NCBI RefSeq assembly: GCF_964188315.1
Contig: NC_135655.1
Coordinates: 81,406,001-81,470,000, forward strand
Length of the DNA stretch: 64,000 nt
Source of the DNA: Podarcis muralis
Taxonomy: Eukaryota
Reading direction: 5' to 3'
Positions 36,436-47,338 of this stretch are shown in pieces (positions within the stretch are counted from its first letter, which is position 1; each line of letters begins with the position of its first letter). A program made the position numbers and the translations under genes. Under the pieces are notes generated by a model. The model was not told the origin of the DNA and ran no database searches. It saw only the letters and a list, made by a program, of their open reading frames with translations.

Positions 36436-36941
36436 TGTGAGGCTTCAGGGAATTGACTTTCTCCTCCTGTGGCAGTAGATAAGAAGATCAAAGAAAGCAA
36501 CGTCTTAACAGTTAGGAACTTTAATAATGACAGTGGGAGAACAAAGAACACATCTCCTAGACATGGTGGGCGCTCCCAATTAAGGATCCAATCTCCTTAC
36601 GTCTCTATTAATCTGCATCACTCCTACGTCTTGTAATCTGAGCTTGTACCCTGTATATTTTCTGTTCTGAGACTTTCTGAGCTCTTCTTGACCTTGGGCT
36701 GAGCAGAGGAATGCTGTCCAGAGACCATGAAGCCATTAACCCTCTCTCTTCCAGTGTTTCTCCTCCTAGTTGTTCCGGTATTTCCCAGCTTCTGCCTTCT
36801 GAACTATGTCCCTCTGCAAACCACTCTTCCAAATCTATACTGTCCTCCTGCTTCTGGGAAGATTCAGGAGCGGGAGCAGGGGGAGGGGGTGGCTCCCACC
36901 ATTCCTCCTCAGTGCAGCCCTCCTCAGCACGGTACCTGACA
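36436..36941 (-). mobile_element. Solo LTR, family A (506 bp), TGTCAGG...CCTCACA, imperfect 5-bp TSD AGCCC/ACCCC
   Basis: TG...CA inverted termini; homology with 63329-64000 starts exactly at the terminus. Confidence 0.8.
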
Positions 36942-37572
36942 ACCCCTGAGGCTGTTGTAAATTGACACAACTACAAGGTTAAGAAGACCATTTGAGGGCT
37001 GACCCTAAGACTGCTATGGGGGCTACCTCAACTAAGTGGATTAAAGGATCTCAAACAGTAGGAAAGCTCTGCTGCTACTCAAGGGAAATAGAAGCATCAT
37101 AACTGGTGGTTCCTCTTGTGAGATGTAGCAGGCACTATCGGAAACAAGTGCTGGGCTATGAATAAGATACTGCCTGTGGTTTGTGGTGACTCATCTCCCT
37201 CAGCTTCCTTTGAAAAATGCAATCAGCAATAAAATATGTACTCTGGGGCTGGTGAAGATCTCTTGCATTGCTTTCCTATCAACCAAATGAGCCCTTCCTT
37301 GTTTTGTTAAATGCCGTAAAAAGAAAACAAGCAACTGTATATACAAATTCACCCCAGTGGATAGAACGTGTGGAAGGTGGAAAGATCTCTCACATATGTC
37401 TCTGACCTGATATTGCTATTGCAATGGTATGTGCATACCCACCCCGTCCTTTCAGCTGCAGACAGGGAAATTGTGCGATAGATGTCACATAACCACAGCA
37501 GTGCTTGCAGCAAGGAAATGCAATATTAAGCAATTTCAGAGAAAGTTCTGTTCCTATCAGCAGGGCCAGTTG

Positions 37573-37577
<5 letters not shown>

Positions 37578-37628
<51 letters not shown>
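37578..37628. repeat. (TAT)n microsatellite
   Basis: Direct reading. Confidence 0.95.
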
Positions 37629-37632
<4 letters not shown>

Positions 37633-37764
37633 TTGAGGAGTATGCTCAGCTTGGAGACTATCCTGAAAACATCTCCTCTTTAAATGAATTTTATTTCCTT
37701 AGATTTATATCCTCCTCATCATTTGTTTTATTTAATATACCACTTTTTGGCCCCAAAGTCCCCA

Positions 37765-40700
37765 AATAATAATAATAATAATAATTTATTATTTATACCC
37801 CGCCCATCTGGCTGGGCCTCCCCAGCCACTCTGGGCGGCTTCCATAAAAACCAAAAATACAATAAAATATCACATGTTAAAAACTTCCCTGAACAGGGCT
37901 GCCTTAAGATGTCTCTTGAATGTCAGGTAGTTATTTATCACTTTGACATCTGCTGGAAGGGCGTTCCACAGGGCGGGCGCCACTACCGAGAAGGCCCTCT
38001 GCCTGGTTCCCTGTAGCTTTGCTTCTCGCAATGAGGGAACCGCCAGAAGGCCCTCGGCGCTGGACCTCAGCGTCCGGGCAGAATGATGGGGGTGGAGACG
38101 CTCCTTCAGGTATACTGGACCGAGGCCGTTTAGGGCTTTAAAGGTCAGCACCAACACTTTGAATTGTGCTCGGAAACGTACTGGGAGCCAATGCAAGTCT
38201 TTCAAGACCGGTGTTATATGGTCTCGGCGGCCGCTCCCAGTCACCAGTCTAGCTGCCGCATTCTGGATTAGTTGTAGTTTCCGAGTCACCTTCAAAGGTA
38301 GCCCCACGTAGAGTGCATTGCAGTAGTCCAAGCGGGAGATAACCAGAGCATGTACCACTCTGGCGAGACAGTCCGCAGGCAGATAGGGTCTCAGCCTACG
38401 TACCAGATGGAGCTGGTAAACAGCTGCCCTGGACACGGATTTGACCTGTGCCTCCATGGACAGCTGTGAGTCCAAAATGACTCCCAGGCTGCGCACCTGG
38501 TCCTTCAGGGGCACAGTTACCCCATTCAGGACCAGGGAATCCTCCACACCTTCCCGCCTCCTGTCCCCCAAAAACAGTACTTCTGTCTTGTCAGGATTCA
38601 ACCTCAATCTGTTAGCCGCCATCCATCCTCCAACCGCCTCCAGACACTCACACAGGACCTTCACCGCCTTCACTGGTTCTGATTTAAAAGAGAGGTAGAG
38701 CTGGGTATCATCCGCATACTGATGAACACCCAGCCCAAACCTCCTGATGATCTCTCCCAGCGGCTGCATGTAAATGTTGAAAAGCATGGGGGAGAGGACA
38801 GAACCCTGAGGCACCCCACAAGTGAGAGCCCAGGGGTCTGAACACTCATCCCCCACCACCACTTTCTGAACACGGCCCAGGAGGAAGGAGCGGAACCACT
38901 GTATAACAGTGCCCCCAGCTCCCAGCCCCTCAAGACGGTCCAGAAGGATGCTATGGTCGATGGTATCAAACGCCGCTGAGAGATCCAGCAGAACTAGGAA
39001 ACAGCTCTCACCTTTGTCCCTAGCCCGCCGGAGATCATCAACCAGTGCGACCAAAGCAGTTTCAGTCCCATGATGAGGCCTGAATCCCGACTGGAAGGGA
39101 TCCAAATGGTCCGCTTCTTCCAGGCGTGCCTGGAGTTGTTCGGCAACCGCTCGCTCAATCACCTTGCCCAGGAATGGAAGATTTGAGACTGGGCGATAGT
39201 TGGCCATCGTGGCCGCATCTAAAGATGGTTTTTTAAGAAGCGGTTTAATAACCGCCTCTTTCAGCGGGTCTGGGAAGGCTCCCTCACGGAGGGAAGCATT
39301 CACCACCCCACGAAGCCCATTGCCCAGTCCTTCCCGGCTAGCTTTTATAAGCCAGGATGGGCAAGGATCCAGGAGACAGGTGGTTGGTTTCACTCGTCCA
39401 AGCAGCCTGTCCACATCCTCGGAGGTAACAGATTGGAATTGATCCCACTCAACTTGACTAGACAGAACTCTAGCACTCTCCCGCCCCGGCCCTGCTCCCA
39501 CGGTGGAGTCTACTTCTTCCCGAATCTGAGCGATTTTATCTGCAAAAAACTTTGCAAAATCATTGCAGGAGAACATGTGGCCCGTACTGGGCCCCGATGT
39601 TGCAGGTGGTTCCGCTAAATTGTGAACCACCTGAAAAAGTCTCCTGCTGCTGTTTTCTGCAGATGCAATAGAGGCGGTGAAGAAATTCTTCTTCGCCGTC
39701 GCTATCGCCACTTGGTAGGCTCGACGTTGAGCTCTAACCTGTGTCCGGTCAGATTCGGAATGAGTTCTCCGCCACCGGCGCTCTAGCCGTCTCAACGATT
39801 GTTTCATTGCCCTCAGATCCGTGGAAAACCACGGGGCTGTCCGGGCTCCATGCAATCGGAGAGGGCGCTTCGGAGCCAAACAGTCAATAGCCCTGGTTAA
39901 CTCCACATTCCAGCGGGCCACCAGGGAATCAGCTGAAAGGCCATCAACATGGGATAAAGCATCCCCTACCACTCTCTGGAAACCATTTGGATCCATTAAG
40001 TGGCGGGGGCGGACCATCCGAATTGGTCCCACCTCCCTGCAGAGGGGATGGGTCGCAGAGAAGTCCAGTTGCACCAGGAAGTGATCTGACCATGGCACTT
40101 CTTTCGTTTCGCTTTTACTTAGTGTCAGATCACCAACATCCATAGAGGTAAACACCAGGTCCAAGGCATGTCCACGGCTATGGGTTGGGCCAGACTTATT
40201 CAGGGACAGCCCCATGGAGGCCATGCTTTCCACGAAGTCCCGAGCGGCCCCTTGTAAGGTCGTGTCGGCATGGATGTTAAAATCCCCTAGGACGACCAAG
40301 CTAGGTGTCTCCAGGAGAACATCCGCCACGACCTGAAGCAGCTCGGGCAGGGAATCCTTGGTGCAGCGGGGAGGTCGGTACACCAAAAGGAATCCTGTAC
40401 TGCCCCTATTGCCCAACTTCCAGAACATGCACTCAGAAAACTGGGTCTTCCCAACAGGACGCCTGGTGCAAACTAATGACTTCCTAAAAATCACTGCAAC
40501 CCCCCCTCCCCGCCCACATGACCTGGGTTGCTGTGCGTAAGAGAAACCTGGTGGACAAGCAGCGGCAAGGACAGGCCCATCTGCTTCATCCAACCAGGTC
40601 TCTGTTATACATGCCAGGTCAAATCCTCCATCCATGATCAAGTCATGGATGGCAGTGGTCTTATGAATCATTGACCTGGCATTGCACAGCAGCACCTTCA

Positions 40701-41381
40701 GGTCATGTGGGTATCCCTTGCTGATTCTAGTATCCATCCGGTCAGGACCAGACCCGGAGGCAGGGATAGTCCTCAGACAACGACTAAACCTGCCTCCTCT
40801 GTAATGATAGGGTCTGGTCTTAGCGTAACTCCTCCTCCTACCCGTGATCACTGAGATCGGTTGTCCCAGTGCATCCTGCCCTGTGGAACATGCCCCAGCC
40901 ATTTTATGGGCTGGGGCCCACTCCCCGGCAGCCCTGAACCCTCCCCCTAAAAACAAAATAACACCTTAAACAAACAACCAAAACCAATAAAACAATACAA
41001 ACGAAAAATGTAAAAATTACAAAAACATCAAAATAAAATAATAATAATAATTTCCCCAAGCCCAACCAACATCCATCCCACCCCCACCCCGCACATACAA
41101 AAAATCCAAAGAATTAAAAAACAAACCAAAAAAACACATTTTAAAAACACTCTGTGCCTCTCCGGCAGTAACAACTGTCCTGGTGAGGCCTGTCAGGCCC
41201 CGCCCTGGGCCAGATGGTAAGTGGCAGGAAGGAGCAGGGCCCTCAAGCACTCACTCAGGGAGTCTTCCTGGGCAGCAGGCCGCAAGCCGCACGCAGTCCT
41301 TATGAGGCCCCAGGCCCCGCCCCAGGCCAGATGGTAAGTGGCAAGAGCAGGGCCCTCAAGCACTCACTCAGGGAGTCCACC
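37765..41381 (-). mobile_element. Apparently full-length L2-clade LINE: ~480-bp 5'UTR, one APE+RT ORF, short 3'UTR, (ATT)n tail
   Basis: The 3' end ...GGAAGCCGCCCAGAGTGGCTGGGGAGGCCCAGCCAGATGGGCGGGGTATAAATAATAAATT(ATT)n is shared with short copies elsewhere in the window; no clear TSD. Confidence 0.92.
37870..40902 (-). CDS. L2 LINE ORF: apurinic endonuclease + reverse transcriptase, 1010 aa from ATG 40902, uninterrupted
   Basis: APE motifs CNARS, ITETW, VYRPP, GDFNIH, PTH..G..LDLVF; RT motifs YRPVSNLPF, QSGFR, LDLSAAFDT, GVPQGSVLSP, YADDTQLY; C-terminal SRLDYCNALY and HWLPV typical of L2. The ORF track start at 40956 is a TTG. Confidence 0.93.
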   Translation of the reverse strand: MAGACSTGQDALGQPISVITGRRRSYAKTRPYHYRGGRFSRCLRTIPASGSGPDRMDTRISKGYPHDLKVLLCNARSMIHKTTAIHDLIMDGGFDLACITETWLDEADGPVLAAACPPGFSYAQQPRSCGRGGGVAVIFRKSLVCTRRPVGKTQFSECMFWKLGNRGSTGFLLVYRPPRCTKDSLPELLQVVADVLLETPSLVVLGDFNIHADTTLQGAARDFVESMASMGLSLNKSGPTHSRGHALDLVFTSMDVGDLTLSKSETKEVPWSDHFLVQLDFSATHPLCREVGPIRMVRPRHLMDPNGFQRVVGDALSHVDGLSADSLVARWNVELTRAIDCLAPKRPLRLHGARTAPWFSTDLRAMKQSLRRLERRWRRTHSESDRTQVRAQRRAYQVAIATAKKNFFTASIASAENSSRRLFQVVHNLAEPPATSGPSTGHMFSCNDFAKFFADKIAQIREEVDSTVGAGPGRESARVLSSQVEWDQFQSVTSEDVDRLLGRVKPTTCLLDPCPSWLIKASREGLGNGLRGVVNASLREGAFPDPLKEAVIKPLLKKPSLDAATMANYRPVSNLPFLGKVIERAVAEQLQARLEEADHLDPFQSGFRPHHGTETALVALVDDLRRARDKGESCFLVLLDLSAAFDTIDHSILLDRLEGLGAGGTVIQWFRSFLLGRVQKVVVGDECSDPWALTCGVPQGSVLSPMLFNIYMQPLGEIIRRFGLGVHQYADDTQLYLSFKSEPVKAVKVLCECLEAVGGWMAANRLRLNPDKTEVLFLGDRRREGVEDSLVLNGVTVPLKDQVRSLGVILDSQLSMEAQVKSVSRAAVYQLHLVRRLRPYLPADCLARVVHALVISRLDYCNALYVGLPLKVTRKLQLIQNAAARLVTGSGRRDHITPVLKDLHWLPVRFRAQFKVLVLTFKALNGLGPVYLKERLHPHHSARTLRSSAEGLLAVPSLREAKLQGTRQRAFSVVAPALWNALPADVKVINNYLTFKRHLKAALFREVFNM

Positions 41382-41754
41382 AAAGTGGTGGACAGATTAC
41401 TACAAAAGACAAATGCAATTATTTTTATGTAGAAAGATACATAAAAATCAAGGAAAATATACAGTATCTCCTGCCTGCCTTCAAACATGGAACCTTTCTA
41501 ACCTTTGACAAAAGCATTATCAAACCCCATAAATTTTTATGGGATCTCTTGTGTGGATGATCTCCCATTTCTTGTTGGGAGGTACATTCCACGCAGTGGG
41601 ATGTGGTTCACCAATGCTCCAAGAAACTGGTGCAATGGAATTGGGGTTACTTCAACAGCAGAGTCCTTTGGTGCTGGAAGTCATGGACATAGCCAGGATT
41701 TTGTTAGGGGTGGGGGCTTTTTTTAGGGGATCCAGAAAAGTTGTTGAGCTACAC

Positions 41755-41890
41755 CAGACACAGGCAAACTCGGCCCTCCAGATGTTTTGGGGCTACAACT
41801 CCCATCATCCCTGACCACTGGTCCTATTAGCTAGGGATGATGGGAGTTGTAGTTCCAAAACATCTGGAGGGCCGAGTTTGCCTATGCCTG
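41755..41890. mobile_element. Second copy of the palindromic hAT-type MITE
   Basis: Similar to 5312-5447; TSD degenerate (AGCTACAC/AGGTATGC). Confidence 0.88.
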
Positions 41891-44738
41891 AGGTATGCCC
41901 ATGCTGGAAGTGGAATCAAAATGCAAGTTTCACAGAGCACTTAATATAATGCTGTATTGTTGAGCATTGCTATTTCCCATGGCTTTCCCCTATCTTTCTT
42001 TTAATGTTTTTCCATTCAGAAAAACTCACAGTTTGCAAAAGAAGGATAAAAGGTATGCAGATTCTGGTTGGTGGTTGCAGGTTTAGAAATCATAGTTGTT
42101 TATTTCCCTCTGACTTTTAAATTCATTTTTCACCTGTGCCTAAAGATAGTGTGGCTTCGTACAAGGTTTACTCCTTTTATTTCCACCTTGAAACTATAGA
42201 CAGATCCACACCATACATTTAAAGTACATCCAACACACATTTAAATCACTTGACTTCCCCCAAAGAATCATGGGAACTGTAATTTGTTGAGTGTGCTGGA
42301 AATTATAGCTCTGTGAGGGGATTTAAATGTGAGTTTGTTGTGCTTTAAATGTATCTTGTGGATCTGACATTATAATACCAATGGAACAGCACAGGAACAT
42401 ATACTGAGGAAATTTCTTACTATTTATAGGCAACCTCTAGTGGTGAGCAGATGGCTGGGAAATGTAGTTCATTGTTATAATTCTTTTATTGTGATACCAT
42501 GATCTCTATCGCTATTCCCACTCCACTTCCAGATGTTGATTCCTTATATGTATTGTGCTGAATCTATAAGATGCACTTTTTGTGGCATGACTGTGGGGAA
42601 AGTGCAAAGATAATGTAGTTTTTAGCTTCCCAAATTTACTATTATCTATATATTGTTGGGGGAATAGAGCACGCTAGAAAATATTCAAGATGGTGTCATT
42701 GTCAGCAGGGAAGTTTACAAGCATTAGGTCTACTACCAAAAAACTGGTCATTGAATACTTTGGCTTGGATCAGTCCAAAGTTTGTGACAATTAGATATTG
42801 CCTCCATAGTGAATAGGTACTGTTTGGGACAGGAAGACTGTAATGTGTTTATCATGAGTTCATTGACCTTTGGGGTTTGTTTGATACAGTAAATATATTT
42901 GTAACAGAGAAATTCTGAAGAAGAGGGTGATGTTCCCTCTAAACAAAAACCAACAGATACTTAACAACTCTACTGGGGATAATTCGCTTCTTCTGGAAAA
43001 AAGCTAAGTGATAATCTGGAGGATTAGGTGGTGGCAATGCATGGATGGTTGATGTTGCTTTGATTCTGTTGATATTTCAGTGGTGGGAGAAGGTCTCTGT
43101 ATATCTTTCCACCCTAGCAAATAAACCAGAATACCCTAAGATCCACTGCTATACTGCAGAAGAAATGGTGACAGAGTTGAGTGGGGTGAAAATAACGCTG
43201 GACATATCACTTGCTTGTTAATACTTGCCTTCCTTTTGGGGAACCAATATCTCAGCCAAAGGAGATCGCCAGAAGGAGCACTCACTTTTGACGGTCATCC
43301 TGTGAGTCTGAAGAAACTTAGCAAGGTAAGAAGAGCCCCTTGCAGGCATAGCCAGTAATATAGCCAGTTGTTTCCATGTTATTCTTAAACGGGTTACATG
43401 CAATCAATCAAATCATGCCTAATCCACTTCTTATCCTTTGCCAAAGGGATGGGAACCAGCGACCCTCCAGATATTGTTAGACTTGAACTTCCCTCAGCGC
43501 CAACCAGCAGGCAGTCAAAGTTATCTAAAGAGCCACAGGCTACTCTCCATCCCTGCTTGACAGAATACTCATGAAAAATCATTTATTCAATTGTGCCATG
43601 GATAGGGAGGATGCTGGGGATAAGTAACAAAGGCTATCCATTATCTTCATGCCCTGCTTGTGAGCTCTCCAAGGTATCTGGTTGGTTACTGATGGAAACT
43701 GAATGTTGGGCCAAATGGGCTTTTTCTGGAACCAGAAAGGCAAGTGTTTTTGCACACAATGGTCCGCTCTCTCACTATGCTGATACTCACTGATTGTTCC
43801 TGCGGACTGAAAAGATGGGGTGGGGGTGGGGTTGTAATGCAATTGAGCATGCTTGCTAATGCAGCTTTGCATTAGTGATGCAGATCTCAGTGAAGTACTA
43901 TGTATTTATTAATTAATAACATTTTATCAGCATGCAGGGTTCTCTCTTCCTCTCCATTTTACTCTCGCAACAATCTTGTGGAAATCCTTTATGTTCTGTG
44001 GGTGGAAAGCTGCATCTGGATTTATCTTGTCCCTGCTTAAAGTGCATTAATTTTATTTATTTATGTTTATTCCACGATTCCTCCGAAGAGATAATATACC
44101 TCCTCTCTCTCCCAATGTCATCTAGTAACCTTATACCTGACAGTGAGTGAAGATCTGAAGATCTGAAGTGCTTTGAGAGAGGCTTTCAGTTCTCAGTGTC
44201 CACACATTTCCTTTGTGCCATTGTTGTGCCAAACAGACTTGGCAAGTTTTTGAAACTTGCTTGCCTGAGGTAAAAGCTGGATAAGTGTATATGTACATGA
44301 GCAGCAATTCCTCTTTCGTTCCACCTTCAACTTTATGAAAACAGGGAACCCAATATTTTCACAACTGAAGCATTAAGGTCAGACCAGCAGTGAGAGATAC
44401 TCTTTAAAAAGCAGCAACATGAGGGGGGACAAGCCCTGCTGGACTGGACCAAAGGGATAATTCATCATCCTGCTTCCCACAGTGGCCAATCACCTATTTA
44501 CTTAAGGGCAAAGTGTAGGTTGCCCTTTTGCGCTCACCACTTTTCCATTTCCAGTCCCTCTCCCTGGCCTAGCTGCTCTCCCCCAACCCCACCTATATCA
44601 ATTATGCTGGACTGGCAGCCGAATCTTAATTCAACACCAGCAAAGGAACAGTGTCTGTCACTGCACCTGAGGCCAGCAGGCTATTTTATGTGGCACGGGC
44701 AGTGAGGCATGCACAGCTTGTTAAGTATAATTGTTTAA

Positions 44739-45136
44739 GGGGACGCGGGTGGCGCTGTGGCCTAAACCACTGAGCCTCTTGGGCTTGCCAGTCAGAAGGT
44801 TGGCGATTCGAATCCCCACAATGGGGTGAGCTCCTGTTGCTCTGTTCCAGCTTCTGCCAACCTTGCATTTTGAAAGCACACCAGTGAAAGTAAATAAATA
44901 GGTACTGCTGCGCCAGAAAGGTAAACGGCGTTTGCATGCACTCTGGTTTCTGTCATGGTGTCCCGTTGCTCCAGAAGCGGTTTAATCATGCTGGCCACAT
45001 GACCCAGAAAGCTGTCTGTGGAGGACAAACGCTGGCTCCCTTGGCCTGAAAGCGAGATGAGCGCCACACCCCATAGTTGCCTTTGACTGGACTTTACCGT
45101 CCAGGGGTCCTTTACCTTTAGCTTTTTACCTTTACC
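44739..45136 (+). mobile_element. Full-length Sauria SINE, 11-bp TSD TAATTGTTTAA (44728-44738, 45137-45147)
   Basis: Head, body, (ACCTTT)n tail and exact TSD. Confidence 0.95.
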
Positions 45137-45856
45137 TAATTGTTTAATGTATATTGAAATGGGAAATAAATATATAATGTGCCAGTATGTGACATGACTG
45201 AAAATTTCCATTGAAAACAGCTTACCGGATTAATCATTAATGGGACTGTACCTTTGTAGCTCATTCACAAGGTTTTTAGCTCACAGTCACATGAAAGAGA
45301 TAGTATTACAGGTCTACACATATGCTAATCTGCAAGGCAACCACGGAAGAGAATGGATGTGTTAATCTGTGTGAGCACAAAGCCTGAGCCTAAAAGAGGC
45401 TGCAATGGAGAAGACACTGAGTTTTGATTTTAGCTCTGAATACAATATATTTGTAATCTAAATTATTATGCCTCATGCTGGGAAATTATGCTACTAGGTG
45501 AATGTAACTTTATTTGTTTTACGTTGTTTGGAGTTAAATTCTGTAAGTAAAGTTTTGAACAGATTAGAAAGTTGCATGCTGTTTTTCAAAAAATATTTTA
45601 TAATTATTAGTAATATTTCATAATGATTCACTGACATTTGCATGGGAGGTATTGTATAGGATCTAAAACCAATTCAGTCTGTATTCATGGCGACCACAAT
45701 ATTTACGTGGTAAATTAGATGCATGGGAGTGAAAAGTCTGAGGCTGATAATCAAGTTTCCAGGTACCGTATTTGAATCCCATATGCTCCAGTGAGATAAC
45801 TATGAATTATGTATTGATGTTTAACCCACTGTTTCTTTTGTACAGTAACTGATGCG

Positions 45857-46816
45857 ATGCACTTGGCACTTGCAAACCAGAGCAACCAATCCATTGCCTA
45901 TGAGTTTATCTTCCGGGCATTCTCCGCCATTCCTGAAATCCAGGCTCTCCTCTTCACGTTCTTCCTTCTGCTCTACCTCACCATCCTCTTTGGCAATGTC
46001 TCCATCATCTGGGTGGCCTGCACAGATCATTCCCTACGCGTCCCCATGTATTTCTTCCTGGGCAACCTCTCTTTTCTGGAGATCTGTTACACCACTGTAA
46101 CAGTGCCTCAACTGCTGTCCAGCATCTTAGATGCCCACAGACCAATCCCATTTGCAAGCTGCGGCATACAGATGTTCTTCTTTGTAGCACTTGGCAGCAC
46201 AGACTGTTTCCTGCTGGCTGTCATGGCATATGACCGTTACGTTGCCATTTGCCACCCACTTCGCTACAGCCTCATCATGACCTGGGAGGTATGCACATGG
46301 CTCGTGGTTGGCTCACTGATCCTTGCACTTGTGTTGTCATTGGAGCTGACAGTGCTGATCTTCACCTTGCCTTTCTGTGGCCACCAACCCGAAATCAACC
46401 ATTTCCTGTGTGACGTGCCACCTGTGTTGCGCCTGGCATGTGCCGACACCCGTGTGCACCAGACTGTGCTGTACAGTGTTGGTGTCATGGTCCTAACTAT
46501 TCCCTTCATTCTAATATGCATCTCCTACATCTACATTGTGACTGCCATCTTGCGGATCCACTCAACAACTGGGCGGCAACAGGCCTTCTCCACCTGCTCC
46601 TCCCACTTGACAGTGGTGATCATACAGTATGGGTGCTGCAGCCTTGTCTACCTGCGTCCCAAGACAGATTCGTCAGAAGATGACGATCGCCATCTTGCTC
46701 TCATATACACTTTTGTCACTCCACTGCTAAACCCCCTCATCTACAGCCTGAGGAACAAGGATGTCAAACAGGCTCTAAAGAAGGCCATGGCGGGAACTAA
46801 TGACTCTCAGGTCTGA
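45857..46816 (+). CDS. OR10Q1: Olfactory receptor, family 10, OR10Q1-like copy A (319 aa, intact)
   Basis: GN, PMYFFL, MAYDRYVAIC, STCSSHL and PLLNPLIYSLRNKDV motifs. EINHFLCDVPPVLRLACAD and QYGCCSLVYLRP..SEDDD match OR10Q1 as I recall it. Splice acceptor TTTCTTTTGTACAG at 45832-45845. Confidence 0.9.
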   Translation: MHLALANQSNQSIAYEFIFRAFSAIPEIQALLFTFFLLLYLTILFGNVSIIWVACTDHSLRVPMYFFLGNLSFLEICYTTVTVPQLLSSILDAHRPIPFASCGIQMFFFVALGSTDCFLLAVMAYDRYVAICHPLRYSLIMTWEVCTWLVVGSLILALVLSLELTVLIFTLPFCGHQPEINHFLCDVPPVLRLACADTRVHQTVLYSVGVMVLTIPFILICISYIYIVTAILRIHSTTGRQQAFSTCSSHLTVVIIQYGCCSLVYLRPKTDSSEDDDRHLALIYTFVTPLLNPLIYSLRNKDVKQALKKAMAGTNDSQV

Positions 46817-46869
46817 TTCCTATTCATATGGGAAATCCAGTTCCAAACATTCCATAGAACCATCTACCA

Positions 46870-47220
46870 TGTCTAAGAAACAGGAGGCAGAATGTGGTTA
46901 TGCAACGAAGGGAAAACGAGCGAGGTCCAAACTAAAGAATGGCAACTTAAGCTGATGGAATATGCGCAGCTTGTGGACTTAACCTATAGAATAAGAGAAC
47001 AAGAAGAACATACGTTCAGAGTGTACACTTGAAAACATTGGCAGCATTGAGATAAATTCAACAGTGTAAATAAGTTTTGATGTGTGTATTAATGGAATAC
47101 TGAATGGTTTAATTTGTATAAAATATACAGGGATTTATGATATGCAAAATGAACAATGGAAAGAGAAGGGATGTTTAAATGAGTATTCTAAATTGCAAAA
47201 CAGAAAATTTAATTACATAT
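46870..47220 (+). mobile_element. L1 3' fragment immediately downstream of OR copy A
   Basis: Translates EVQTKEWQLKLMEYAQLVDLTYRIREQ, homologous to the L1 ORF2 end at 13630-13740. Confidence 0.7.
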
Positions 47221-47338
47221 ATATATATAATGACTGCTCCCAGCTGTTCTTACACAATAAATAAGATGAGCAAATTCCATGCAAAGGGTCATTTGGAAAG
47301 GAATTGAAATTAAAATTGCCAGGATCATAATGCCATTA

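Noticed and set aside
37752-41388. CCAAAGT as a TSD of the full-length L2
   Set aside because: The left copy is separated from the tail by extra bases and the right copy lies inside a hairpin; too short and misaligned to accept
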